A stretch of 64,000 nucleotides of DNA, from positions 1-64,000 of the forward strand of contig DF237201.1 of assembly GCA_000708835.1 (NCBI GenBank), written 5' to 3'. The notes under the pieces were generated by a model. It saw only the letters and a program-made list of their open reading frames with translations, had not been told where the DNA came from and did not search any database. Shown here piece after piece: positions 26,826 through 40,337 of the stretch. The position numbers and the translations under genes were made by a program. Source of the DNA: Klebsormidium nitens (taxonomy: Eukaryota > Plantae > Klebsormidiophyceae). How positions within the stretch are numbered: the first letter of the stretch is position 1; the number at the start of each line of letters is the position of its first letter.

Positions 26826-27536
26826 GATTATTAATCAGGTAGGCAGAGTTCAGATAAATCGATCCAAACTACGCCTTGCTGTTACTCTTGAAAATGATAA
26901 AAGTATCGCCCCTGAATGTGACCTCTGGTGATCGCCAGTTGACGCCCTTGGTGTGTTGTTTACAGTGTTGTGAAGATTCTGAATCTTTGTTTGCGTTCAG
27001 CAGGCAGTTGATAATGTGGATAACGTATGATTACGTGGCCAATTCATTATGAGCCACGTCGACGTCGAAGAGAAGCTTCGGCCGTCCGATGAACAGCTTG
27101 CAGAAACTGGACGGTCAAAAAGGGCCATGCCCGAACCGAATGACTAACCACGCTCCAAACCGCGGTTTTGGAGAAGTCTTCGCAACGTGCATTGTCGTAG
27201 GTACCTAGCCTGCTGAGCGCTCCATGCAAACGATGCGACGTACACATATTTCCCAAAATACTCTTCAGGTCACATCATCATGTGCATACCTGTTGCATCA
27301 TGGCACATGACACATGCAGCTTGACGAACCACCTCATACCAAAACTTTTCGAGTCTGTTTGCATTTGTTAAGTTTGCATATTGCACGCGTCTGAATACAA
27401 ACCACATTCAGTTTGCACTTGAAGTTGATTGCCAACTTCGAACTTAGCAATGGCTTTGCAGCCGCGGCTCGTTTACACCATCATGGCATCAGAAACCAAA
27501 AGAACTTCGAACACTGTACAGTGAAGCATGACCGCC

Positions 27537-30500
27537 TCATTCAAGTTCTTGTACAATCTTCTTTTTCCTGGCGGGGATGTTGGGTATGGAGCCTGGTGCA
27601 CTATGCCTCTTCCTTCTATCGTCTTTTCTTCTATCCGAGTTTGCAACCGTTTGTCTGAGCTTCTCCGCTTTGTAGATAGCTTTTGGTACATGTCGATGCC
27701 TGCACCCAAAAGAAAAGAAAGCTTAGCGATCTACGCTGAGAAATTTTGGTTGCTCAAGAAACACACAGATCGTGCTTTCCATCGAGTGCAAGTGCACCGA
27801 CTTGGCAGATGTTCTTGAACGCCAAGACTCCAATTTAAGCTTGCACACCCACAGCCTTAACATGCAACTTGAACACCTGGTATTTGCGAGAACCGTGACA
27901 CCCGCTTGCCTAAACTTGTTACCAAGAAACCAGAACTACAAGCACATGCGAAGCAACTTCACGTACCAAACTTGCTGCACAAGCGAGCTCTTCGCAATCA
28001 ACATGCGTATCACATGACGCCACGACTTCAGCAAAATCAGTTTCCATGTTACTGGTCCCGTGCTCACCTGTCTATCCGCTTGATTTCTGGCAGGAACTTG
28101 TACCGCTGCTTCACTTTTTCCATGTATGCCTGTTTGCCCTTTTCCCGTGGCAGTTTCTGCATGCGCATGGGTAATCGTTAGCCCTCCTATCTTCCTTTCG
28201 AGTGTGAGAAGGTTCGAAAGAGCCGATAGAGATGACGTGTCCCTAAACACCGCGCACATTTAGAGGCAGCAGAGCAGCGTGCACGTTTTCAGAAGGGAAT
28301 CGACTTGAACGTAGCAGCTGTATTCGTACTTCAAGGATTGATAATTCTGCAAAATTTCCTCTTATCATCGTTTCTAAGTGTGAGAAAGGTTCCAAATAGC
28401 CGGAAGAAATAAAGTGGTCCAAAACGTCGAGCATATTTGCGCACAGGCAGGCAAGCAGCGTGCACGTTTCTGAACGTAGCAGTTGTGATCCGCACTCAAG
28501 AATCGACAACAAACCTGCAGATTCTTTGACGAGGTTATGCTGGACACGATGTTATGGTGCACGGTAGGTATTACAAGAGAACAGTTTCGCGGTGAGCATT
28601 TGTTCCTTCACAAGAGAACAACTTCGCACCGAAACTCTGGACAAAAGTCCGTCAAAGGACGGGGCAGAACTGTAATGTCAGCTCGTCTCGCCCGTTTGAG
28701 AGTACGCCACAAGAAAGCATGGCTGATTCGTGTATGTGAACCTGAAAGGCGCCTCTAAAGGGGCGACCGAAACGGTAGGCCGGATTGTATCGTCAAACGG
28801 CGCGCTCCGACTTGACAACTTTCGCCGGGACTCCCCAACGGATCCCCAAAGCATGCAAGAACTTTGCCTTCACGAACCCGGCGTTGTCTGCATCACCAAC
28901 TTACTTCCTTTTTTGCGCCCGTGATCTTACCCGAAAGTCACGCGACCCCGCAAAATCTATTTATCGCTTGTCGTAGACACCTGCCTTCTCAGAACAACAT
29001 GACGAAGCAAAAGAAAGACATTGACCGGCCCTTTAGAAGCATCCCACCGTGAGAACCAGGACAGTCGCGTCTGAAGAGAAGGTCATGAATCCTCACCACT
29101 CCTAGTTGCTCCGAGGCTTTCGCTTTCCATATCCGAATGTTGGTGTCGTCACTGCCCGTCAATACGTACGTAGCGTCCCCGCTGAACTTCGCACAGAACA
29201 CCCTGTACGAGAAAAGGAAGTGTGTTATTGTCGCCTCAAGCTCGCTCCACTCTTTGGCTGTCTGTGAAATCAAGCATCAGGATTGGGCTCGTCTCTAAAA
29301 CCCATATGAACAACCGCGTCACGTGTTGATATTTAGCTTGCGTGAAACTTGCAAGGTTGAGGCCTGCAGGATGGTCAATCACACATATTTGGGCCATCCG
29401 ATCCCTCCGGAAACCGATCGGACGGTCCAGAATCATGTAAAGCAGGAGGCTTGACTAGCGAGAGTTGCATATTCCCCGCAGACAGTTGTACAAAGAAGAC
29501 CTCCGAAGTGATTTCAAGAACGGCTACGTTGGACCTCATATATGAACGAACTTCGAACATCTGCGCTCATATGGTAAATTGCAAAATACCTTCAGTCATG
29601 AACGCTTTTCGAAGACAGTGCATGTTCTGGGAGAGGTCTGCCGTCAAAGAAATGACACGATGTCCAGTAGTGCGCTTGAAATTCCTTTGCTGCCGTCCAG
29701 GTAATCAATGGACCGATACGACCCGACTTCTTGCCTTCCGTCACCGGGTGTAGACTGCACAGCGCTCTGATGACTGCCATGTGGCACCTCGTCATATGCT
29801 TCATGTGTTACACTTCCCAGCCGTTCCCCGCTTGAACTCCGCGAATCGCGTAATCCAGCCTCAAAAAGGCGTCATAAACTTCGTAGATCTCTGACCAAAG
29901 AAGAAAAGGACACTTAAAAGAACGTGCACGCACCTCTGCATCCGCTTCGTGTGGTACACCTCCCGGCTGTGCCCCGCGTTGTACTCGAATATCCGCACGC
30001 TGCGGTCGTACGAGCCCGTCACGAACTCCCGGCCCGTCGGAGAGTAGTCAATGTCCATTCTGCAGAACGAAGTATCGTTAAGCTCTCGCCTTTCAACTCT
30101 GTGCTCTTGCAGCTGACTGGTGAACGACGACGCTGTTGAAGAACGCTTGCTAAGTCACAGTCTCTTTCTTACGGCAACTGAGTTCGTAGGTCGAAGGGAA
30201 GGACGTAGAAAAACATGGGCTTCTATCCCGCTTCCTTACAACTAGACAACAGAGGCACTACTGAGCGCAGATTTCGACAAGGGTAACACTACACCGGAAA
30301 CCCGCTGACCGAGGGCACATAACAGCAACCCGAAGTCCTCGCAAGAGCATCTTTTACCAAAGCACATTGGCCAACATTCTTCGGTCCAATTTTACTGTCA
30401 ACGAACACTTGGTTTAGGGAAGCAACTGTGGTTTCAAAAGGAGCCCTCGTCCGGAGCTTACACAGCAGAGACGTGGTCTTTATGTACACAGAGCGCGCTC

Positions 30501-33500
30501 TTCATCTTGCGCATGTCGTAAGTATAGCAGTTGCAGTCCTCGTTGGCTACCGTGAAGTTGAACGCCTCCCGGGGATTCCAGGCCAGCGCGTTGCATCGGG
30601 TCTGCAAGGGACGCAAGGAACTTCGCTTCATCAGAGCAAACAAGCGGAATTATGTGCTCACAGGCAGAGACTATTGTTTGTCATCTGGTGCGTTGATTCC
30701 AAAGCACTGCTTACTGGCCGTCGTGAAGTTTACCCATTGCACGGGATCCAGTAAAGCGCATTAGACCGGGTCTAACAGACGTAGCAGTTTCCTGCTTCAA
30801 CAGCAAAGGACTTTCATGCGCTCGATCCTGCCAAAACTTCTCGTTCTAAAAATGGCGTGTCGTTGGGACGTCACCTTGTGTCCGCCATGTAACCAAACGT
30901 CTCCCGTTAAATCGGAATCAGGAGAAGGGCACGAGTCCTCTAAGCTGATGCTTCGAAGTTCGTGAACTTGACGCATGTGCTCCCAACGAAGAAAAGATAG
31001 CCGAGAACTCAAACAAGAGCCGGAGCCGAAAACAATCGACCGACTCAACTCACCACTGACAGAAAGGAATGCACAAAAAGAGAGCGAATCTTCTCTTTTA
31101 GAGAAGATTGACTGACCACCAATCCTCGGAACTGGGGGCGAATTTTGGACAGCTTTTTTTATAGAAAGCCTGCGACCCTTTTGTCGCGCACAAACTTCCT
31201 TTTGTCGTTGTCGACTAATTTGATTTACGGTTCTGTTAAGCAAAGACCAAAAAACGCTGCACATATTATGATTCACGCCAAGCTCAAGCGAATATGTGGT
31301 CAGCACCAATCTGCACGCAAATCGACTATCTTAAATAGCACTGACCTGCATGATCAGCTTCCTGAGCGGGGTGCTGACTCGCATGTCGTACAGGACGATA
31401 CTCCTGTCACTTCCGGTTGTGGCGAACACGTCAGGTTCGGCAGGGTTCCATCGTACAGAAATCACGGACTCAGAGCCCCACGAGAAAGAGTTGATTGGAT
31501 CCGACCTGCAGACCAGAATGATAAGCACAAGCCCGGTCAATGTAAACCGATGGAAGCCTCATTCAAAACAGTGCTCAAGATGCGTCACGCTTTGACTGAA
31601 AACTTGCACGCAGCCCAGTGGTTGCTCCGCATTCAACGCACCACGAACTCAAGCTAACGACTCTCACAGCTCACCTGTTGTGATCCCAGATGTCAACTTG
31701 CGCGCCGGTCGTGGCAAAGAGAGGCCCCTTCCAGTGGTGGTCCAGCGCTCTGCAAGGAAAGAGCTTGCAGCTGTCGGTGCAAGCCAGGACACTATCTCTG
31801 AACCGTCCACCAGTTTTCTTCTGAGTGTGCAAAAAACAGGAGTAACTTGATGTCGCCAGAGAGACGATGGTGACACCCTTGACAGTGAGCAGTGTCTCCT
31901 TATTGCTATGCTTGCTGATTTTTCCAAACGCGCTTTGCCCTGAACGCGAGTAACATTGACCAAAAAAGATAGAAAGGTTGTCCAAGGGCAGCCTTTGCCG
32001 ACGTAGCTCCTAAACTTAAACCGAAAGCTTTCAAACAATTTAGACACCCAAGGGTCAGAACAAAGGCTTGTATGTATCTTGCCTCAGATGCAATGAACAT
32101 TGTCAAGTCGTGTGATACAATGGGGGGTGAGTTTGTCGCAAGGCCTTAAGAATTGCTAGCCAGAAAGTGTGATTCAGCACCCTTCTGATATTTACACTTG
32201 TGGTAAGAAGAAACAGAACAGATGATTGCTTACCTGAAACCATTCTTCCCTTGTAATGTAACCACTGGTTCCTGCGTCTCAATGTCTGTCCCGGAGGCTT
32301 CTCCCATCTCCGTTTGAGGCAAGCTCCAAAGACGCACCCTGAAAGGAGATGCGTCTTTCAAATGAGAGGGTGACACGTTTCTCTTTGCCCCACACCTGAT
32401 GCCCTCAAGCAAGATACGTGATTGGAAAAGGAGAAGCAAGCAAGATGCCGTGCTGGCAGTTATACTTGGGCAACTGAAGCAATGAATTTTGATATCAGAC
32501 TGGCGTCCTGTGCCCCACCGCTCTGATGAAATGACACCAACATGACTGAAAGCCCAAAGCCTGCCAGGATTTGGCGGTCCAGCCAGCAACTCCTCAGAGC
32601 CAGATAGCGCATCGAACAATCCTTAGGAAGTTCGGAGTGGGTCAATTGAGGCAGTCTTACGTGCAATCAGAGCTACACGACACGAAGTGCTCCCCATCAT
32701 GCGACACGGCCAGGCCGGTCACCGCGCCTCGGTGACCAGGGAACTGCCGGATGGTCCTTCTGCAAGCACCAAGATGGAGATAAGTTTGTCTAGAATCTGA
32801 AGAACCTTGCCTCCTCCAAGCTAGTAATCAAGAGCCCCCTTCTCATAGCCATGGAATAGTACAGCGCATGATTCAACTGACAGCAGGACATCAAATCCAG
32901 GCGACCAATTGCAACCAACCACAGTAATAGAAAGGGGATTGAATGCCTGGGCATCATGTGCCTACCAAGGATGCCTGGTTGCAGAACAAAGGCCTGAAAT
33001 TAGGGTTTCAACTCTCACTTCTTACAAACTCAGATTTCAGGCAATGCTGAAGCGAATCAGCTATGATAATCTGGGCCAAGCAATCCACGCGCCAGAAAAC
33101 GCTTCTGGGGTGTGCACCACCACGCCCATCAGACGCTTCATACCGTTACCATTCTGGTGGCAAATCCTGCTCAACCCTTGGAAACACGGCATTGCCAAGA
33201 GCGGTGGCGCACGGAAGTGCAGGCATGCACTGAGCAATCAGCACTACAGGATTTACAAAAAGACCCAGGCGCCACACAAACCCTAAAAGTCTAATGCAAC
33301 TTTTCTCACCTATATGCCAGGTCCCACAACCGGATATCCCCATCCATGGACCCTGAGAGGAGGCAATTAAGCCTCCGGGGATTCTTGGCCATGCAGGAGA
33401 CGCTGTCGGCATGTCCATCTAGAGCTCCAATCAGCGGCTTTGCAAAAACCTTGTCTAGCTTGGCAGCATTGAGCGCCCTCGTGTATTCATGCGCTTTTTC

Positions 33501-33605
33501 AAAGGGGTGAAGTGCAGGGTCTAGGTTGCGGTACACCTTTTGCACATCCTCTGTGCGCTCCTTGGTGAAATCTTGCTCTGAGCGGGAAATCACTTTGACT
33601 TTCAT
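27537..33605 (-). CDS. DCAF13: DDB1- and CUL4-associated factor 13 / Sof1 (U3 snoRNP WD40 protein)
   Basis: Ten GT-AG exons: 33605-33310, 32759-32661, 32338-32234, 31749-31675, 31505-31346, 30601-30462, 30059-29934, 29202-29097, 28156-28068, 27699-27537. MKVKVISRS...RNLDPALHPFEKAHEYTRALNAAKL start, WD40 repeats, Sof1 C-terminus (HRHVPKAIY...). Confidence 0.96.
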
Positions 33606-35470
33606 GGCGCACTAGGTGAGGAACATTTAGGGTGGTAAACAGAAAGAGGGCTGTTGAAAAGCGGGCGCATAGTACAAGCGGTAGTTAGACCTTTTCAAAA
33701 AGCTCGGATAGAGAACCAGAGCAGTTGGAAACAAACAGCAAAGTGCTGAGCGGTCTCTTTGCGTCTTCCTCCTGTCTCTTGCAATCATCAAGGAAGATCA
33801 GATTCAGCTTGTGAGTGTTTGACTCTGAGCAAGCTCGGCTTGCATGAACTTGAAGTTTGTCTTCCTTTTTTCCAAGAGCACGTTTTCTATCCGCTTATGA
33901 ACACCATACATTTTGATTTTCATGAAAGGCAATAGCTTTTGACGGAGGAAAAACATGAAAAGAGGTTTTCAAGTTGAAATGAAAGGCATCGCGTATCTGT
34001 CCTAGTCTATCCTCTTTTACGGCTGAGACCTCGGCATTTGAACAACAAGTTGAACAACTTCAAGGAGAGGTAGGAGGACTTGTCCCTATTATCGGCCCGG
34101 CCCTATTACCGGCCCCCCCTTTTCCCAACCAACGTTGGCTCAATCTGCAGCTGCTATTCGCTGCATTTGGAAGCCTGTCATTGGTTGGAGATGGCGGCAG
34201 GGCCTACACTACATTTGCAAATACAGCCTGCTTGAAGTTTAGAGGCACTGCATCAATCAAATTTTGCTGTAGTACCTGCAGATTCAGATTTGAAGTGCAC
34301 TACAGTCTACATGGCCCTGCAAGCCCTGCATCTTTCACAATCTGACAGTTGTCTGAATCATCCTTCAGAATAGATCTACAGATCAAAGGCGCCATGGTGG
34401 ATCAGCTCGCTCCAGGATGGCAAGGAAGCCGAAGCCCCATCATAGATTAAGGCCAAAGCCAGCCAAAATTAGTCCAGGGCCTCAGAAGCAAAGAGGGGGC
34501 AGCAGGGAAAGCGTTCCAAGAAGGGTGGAAAGAGCAAGCTAAGCACTGCTGAGAGCAACAAGAAGCGCGCCGGTATCACAAGAAAGCAGTATTCTCTTGA
34601 GCAACTTGAACTAGCAGTTGATGCTGTGAGATCCAAGAAGCTTTCTGTGAAGTCTGCTGTTAGGCAATTCTGTGTACCTAGGAGCACCCTCCAGGATAGA
34701 TTGACTCGTTACTAATGCAGCTGCCGATGCCTCCACTTTGAAGCCCGGCAAAAAGTCTTTCCTCAGTCTTTCGGAGGAAGCTCTGCTTGTCCAATGGATC
34801 TTTGACACTTGGCAGACCTTGGTCAAGCTGTTAGCCCAAACGTTGTAGCTCATAAGGTGAAGGAGATCTGCCAAGCAGCAGGCAGGGCCACCCCATTCAA
34901 GGATGGCATTCCGGGAAGAAAGTGGTGGAGAGGCTTTTTGAACAGGCAGATTCCAACGTGTCTGTACGCGTTGCTGAAGGTCTTGATCGAAGCCGCAGTG
35001 CGGCGCAGACACGGGCATCCATTGTTGACTTCTACAAGAAGCTTGGCGAGTGGTACGATGCGCATCCAAATGCCAGACCTCCTGGAAACATGGACGAGAC
35101 TGGCTGGCAGCCGGGCAATGTAGGGGGTGGCAGAGTGCTAGCACAGAAAGGGGTCAAAACTGTGCAGACCGCCATCTCTGAGAACCGGGAGAACACCACA
35201 TTTGTGGGGTGCATTGCTGCAGACGGGACGTACCTTGAACCAGTGTACATTTTCAAGGGGAAAAGGAGCCTAACAGCAGATTGGTTGCGGGAGGGGGGTG
35301 CGCATCCCAATGCAAAAATGGCAGTGCAAGAGAACGGCTACATGACTGCCGAGCTCTTTCCCCAATTCCTCCAGCACTACATCGACACCGTCCCTGGTGG
35401 GGTGTCCCCTGCAAACCCCGACCTCCTGCTTGGGGACAATCACTCCTCCCGCTTCTCGCCAGAAGGGATA

Positions 35471-38094
35471 CATCGCAAAATTTAGGGCTTGCCGCACAGG
35501 TGCCGCAAGCTGCCGGCGGCAGTGACGGCACCTGCCGTCATGGTGTGCCGCTCCGGCAGTCAGCGAGGTGCCGGAGTGTACCGTCCGGCAGTGTCGGTGC
35601 CGGCAGCATACCGTTCTAGTGCCGGCAGTCCGTGCGCGGCACACGTTACCGGCGCATGTACGGCACTTGTCGGGTCCGGGGCACGCAATAGTACGGCAAT
35701 AGTTGTGGTCGGCATGGAGCCGCAACGGCATGTGTACGGCAGTAAATGACATATGCAAATAATTATTGAAGTATATATTCGCGCACACAGCGCACAGTTT
35801 ACGCAGAAACCTTGAATGGGCGGTATGACGGAAAGTTCGCGCAAAGCGACAGTACAATCTAAATTTCGAGTTCAACTCAGCGAATATTTCGGCGCGCAAC
35901 TCACTGAACCCTGGCCACTGGGCCTAGCTACCTACTCTAGCCTATAGTACCTAGGTACTTTGGAGACTACCTAGCCCACTGGCCTACCTAGCAGGCGAGG
36001 TACTCTAGTAGTAACTAGTGTACCAATGTACTGTACTGTCGCGACGGATTCCCTCCAGCCACCTGTAGATAATTTGGCGAAACATAAGTCTTCGGCGCAC
36101 AAGTTACGCTGAAACCTCCCATAGCCCCTCTAACGTATATTGTGCGCCAGCAACAAGAACTCATTGGAAAAGACAGGCACACACACCAATTGATCAAGGC
36201 ATCAATAGATATTGAATCTCTACGACCGTTATTGCTTGAAAGGCTAGTATGGCTTGTGTCTGACCTGCTATAGTAGTTGCCCGATGATTGTCTTTTTTGA
36301 CCATCACGTAGACCTACAATGATCCGGGCCTTGTCCTGCAATGTACAATCAGCAAACATATGAGCGATCAAGGCAATCAATGGCAACGATCCAACATGGC
36401 ATTCTTGGCACGCTACAGAGCTAGTTTGCAGAAGGAAATTCTATCACCAGATATGGAAATAATGACATACACGATGTATGACCTTTGCACAAATCCGCAT
36501 ACGAAGTTTTACAAAGAACTCAATTGAGAGACTTGCAACAATCACAAATGGTCACAATATCCTGTCGGATTGCTATGCTACTGTGGCAACCAAGACTGCA
36601 AGACCAGTTTCTAAAAGACTCGCACGATCTTTTTGTGTCATACTTTATGTCGTTAGAGTCCCGCTGGAGATTGATCAAAAGTTGTTGAACTTGCCAACTT
36701 GCACATTGCCGCTAGTGCGATCTACATTCAGTGAGTTGTCTTCAAATGTTGCGCCCCATACAGGATTCCGCCGCCGCCTCTTACCTCACTTGCAGCATGT
36801 TCTTCGCCATTGCTCCATTCAAGGTCTATTGACGCAATTGGGTAACGCCGTTGCAGGGTGGCATTGCGCATATATTTGAAGGTAAGTTGAAACGACCTGC
36901 GCCATGGCGCCCTACAAGGCGGCGCCCGATGGCTTACCCAGCTAGCGATGTATTACATCTACAATGTGTCGACTCTAAGGCTAGGCTCCTACCTAGGCTG
37001 AGTCTAGACTGTAGGGTAGATACACTTCGTGGGTCTCGGAATTTTGAATTCGAACTACCTAGGTAGGCCAGCGACTTTTGAATTCCGACCGTCGATTCGA
37101 TCATCGACGGCGGTCGCAAAAACTCCGTACGGTACATACCCTAGGCTAAGTTGGTAGGGTACCACACTCCGTAGGTGCGCCAAAGACCGACCGGCTGCGG
37201 TACGGCACAAAAAAACGACCGGTTGGCGACACAATACGCGGACACAGCCAATTTGGTCGCTTGAACTACATCCGGAAATGAAAGCGGCCTGGCCGGTACA
37301 TTTTTTCAATATTGTTTATATATTTAATAACAACCGTCGGTTTAATCAGTGGTGTAACCTAGCGGTAGCGCGCCCGCTCTCAAAGCCAATGTTGACACGA
37401 GGTCCAGGTTCAAATCTCCTGTCCGGCAGCAACTTTTCCCAGTCTCTGCGGCTGGCGCACAATTTACGATGCGAAGCACCACTGGCCTATCTATCGTAAA
37501 GTGCGCGCTAGTGCTTCTTCGGATTTTTTTTGGCTCCACACCTTTCCCGAGCTAGCCTTTTTTCTTCTCCCACGTGCTTTCGCGAGCAAGAGACTAGCTC
37601 GCGTAATCTAGAGCCCTCGGACCCTTTTGGACTTTGATGTGTGAAACTGAGGTATGTGAACGAATTTTAGCATGAAGTTACCGCTTAGATGTTGGGATAA
37701 GGCTGGACATCATCATCAAATGTTATGTACGCATTCAATATGCAATCCGGCAATGAGTGGTACGTAGGCGGCACGGTGGGCGGCATGTGTCCGGCACCAT
37801 TGAGACGGTGCCGGCACTAAATGCGGCACTTTCTCAGCCGTCACGGCAGTCGGCGATGCCGGCATGGCTACCAGCTGCCGCACAACAGCATGCCGGCACC
37901 AGCTACGGCACAAACTTGATACCGTCCGGCAGCTATATGCAATGCCGGCATCATGCGGCACCTGTTGCGGCAGTAGGTTCGATGTATGGCACGGTGCGGC
38001 AGGTGTGCGGCAGTAAAACGGCACTAGTGCGGCACTGGAGGTGCCGGCCGGTAGGTCTGCGGCACCTGGTATGTTCAGTGGAAATTTTGCGATG
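35471..38094. mobile_element. Non-autonomous TIR element, 2,624 bp, TA TSD, with subterminal TGCCG(C/G)CA arrays
   Basis: 13 bp TIR CATCGCAAAATTT (35471-83 / 38082-94), TA on each side. Removing it restores ...SPEGI|ELARSKGLDVLLFPGHLSHWLQPLD. Inverted motif arrays at ~35488-35750 and ~37750-38070. Confidence 0.88.
37346..37425 (+). ncRNA. Degenerate tRNA-like / Pol III A-box and B-box sequence (possible SINE head or pseudo-tRNA)
   Basis: TGGTGTAACCTAGCGGTAGCGCG (A-box-like) followed by CAGGTTCAAATCTCCTG (B-box/T-arm-like with a 2 nt bulge). No clean acceptor stem. Confidence 0.25.
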
Positions 38095-39719
38095 TAGAGC
38101 TCGCCCGATCGAAAGGGCTAGATGTCCTGCTCTTCCCAGGCCATCTTTCGCACTGGCTGCAGCCCCTTGACGTTGGGGTTCAATTTCTGTCCCTTCAAAA
38201 ACGCAGCCAAAAAGGAACTCAACCGCCTGCTCGCTGTAGCGCCCGATCGAAGGCTCACAAAGGCGGATGCTGTCCGAGTGCTGGAGGTAGCCAAGAAGGC
38301 GGCGTTTACTGTAGACAACATCAAGGCTGCCTTCCGCGCTACAGGTGAGCTGCTAGTGAAATCTTTTGCATGTTAATATATCTGGCTGCTTTGCAAGCTT
38401 TGCTTAAGGTCTGGCACATTCAGAAATTGACAATGTAAAAGCATAATGTCAGCTAGTAAATGCAGAGGCGCCATTTTCTTTGTTGGTTTGGGGAACAGGA
38501 AAGAAACAGGAAGGACTCAAAAGATAAGGTGATGGGTTGCCTGCCTCGGAAACACATTGTACATTCTGGCATTGCTTCAGTGAACCTGCTACAAGATTGA
38601 GTTGCACACTTGTTTCCACATGCTCTTTAAGCAGAGTGGCTGCTGGCAGATCTGTTTCAGGTTCTCAGGTTACTGTGGTCAATGCTGCATAGTAAATTTG
38701 TTCCTCTGACTGGGCGTCGTCAGCGCTTACAACGACTCCAGATGTATCTTGCAAGGGGTTCTCAAAAAGTTTCTTGAATAGTGTGCTGCCACATATCACT
38801 GGGCTGCTAAGTGCATTGCTGTGAGCATTTCTTTTTTGATCAGTAGGTTTATGGTCTTCCAATCAGATGCTTGTTGCCATTCGCAGAGATCTACCCATTC
38901 AACCCACATGAGCTCTGGACGCGAAGTTGGACGCAATTGAAGCGGCACAACGGAAGGCAGGCTGGGAGGAGGAAGAGGCTGTCGCGGGTGAGCCTTTGAT
39001 GCCCACGTCAGGGCTGTCAGCCGTCATAGCTGGGGTTTTAGCAGAGGCCGACCTTGCGGAGGGGGCTGCCGACGAACTCACCGAGATCGGGGAGCCACAG
39101 GAAGCGGCGCTTGGCTTAGCGCCTGAGCGCATGGTAGGGTCAAGAGCTCCTGAGGAGGAAACGGGGAGCAACGAAGCCTGTTCTGAAACGGGGGAGAGCG
39201 AGGGAATCAGGGCCGGGGAAGGGGAGCAGCCACCCGGAGTGGGACAATCGAAGGAGTTGCTGACGTCATCAAGAGAGACCGCGGGGGAAAGGGGGGCTGT
39301 CGGGCCGGCACCAAGAGACGGTCGCGTGATGGGGGCTAGTGTTGCAGCCAGCAACGAGGACCTGCTCGACGACCTCTCCGCTGTGAAGCGTTGGTCGCGC
39401 TTGGAGAAACGACCCAAAGTCGAAGAGCCCCCAAGGGGTGGTGTCAAAACATATTTCTAGTGGTAGCCAGACCCCCGACTTTCCAGATTGACCCCTTAGG
39501 GGCTGTCCCCTGCCACGGAAGATGTTCAAGTTTGGGGGGTCCCAACGCTGCCACCTGCCGCCCCCTCTTTTATCAAAAAAATCTATTGCTTGAAGGGCGG
39601 GGGGGGGGGGGGTGGGGTCTCCGTTCCGCCCGTCCCGTGTTGTCGTCGTACGTACGTCGTACCGTAGTTTTTGTTTTTGGAGTAGTTCGTAACTTAAGTT
39701 TAACGTTCGTCCCGTAACC

Positions 39720-39739
39720 NNNNNNNNNNNNNNNNNNNN
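39720..39739. other. Assembly gap (run of N)
   Basis: About 20 N bases; flanking sequence is low-complexity or low-quality. Confidence 0.98.
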
Positions 39740-40337
39740 GGGGGGGGTTGCCTTCCTCCGGACCCCTTCGATTTGCTGACTAGCCTAGATTTTTTTGTGA
39801 TGTACATTAAGTCTGCCCTAACAGAGCTCATTGGATGGAGACTGCGAACTGACATACCGCATGGAGTGGGAGACCGACTAGAGGATGTAGTAAATGCAAC
39901 CACCCAGATGTATCGCTAGTAAAGCATGCATGTGAGTCCAAATGCTATAAGATTTCAAACAAAACATTAGTCCAATCATTGTACTAATGTGTATCCATAA
40001 GTCTAGGCCCACATGCAGATTCACTTGCATGAAAGGGCGTTAATCAAGCGTCCGTCGCATGGACAAACTTTGGAATTGCATTCGCATCATCAAGGCTAAC
40101 AAGTCCTGATATATCGTCATAATAACTTGACGCTTTTCCTAGTAAGATGGAAAGACTGCGAAATCACTCCAAATTCAAACCATCTAGCCGCCATGCTTTA
40201 GAGATATTCATCTCTTCAAATCGCTTCGGTATGTTATTCACCGTGGTTTGAATGCAACATTTTGATGACATGTAGAAAACCACTAAGCAAACAATCAAAA
40301 CCTGACGCACTTATTACATAAGGAGATTGCTTTAGGA

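Noticed and set aside
28260-28495. Short internal duplication (gcagcgtgcacgttt...gaacgtagcag) in a DCAF13 intron
   Set aside because: Two degenerate copies unrelated to exon sequence; an ordinary intronic duplication.
39590-39760. G-run and gtc/gta-rich sequence suggesting a G-quadruplex or special repeat
   Set aside because: It abuts the N gap and looks like low-quality read ends, so it is not reliable.
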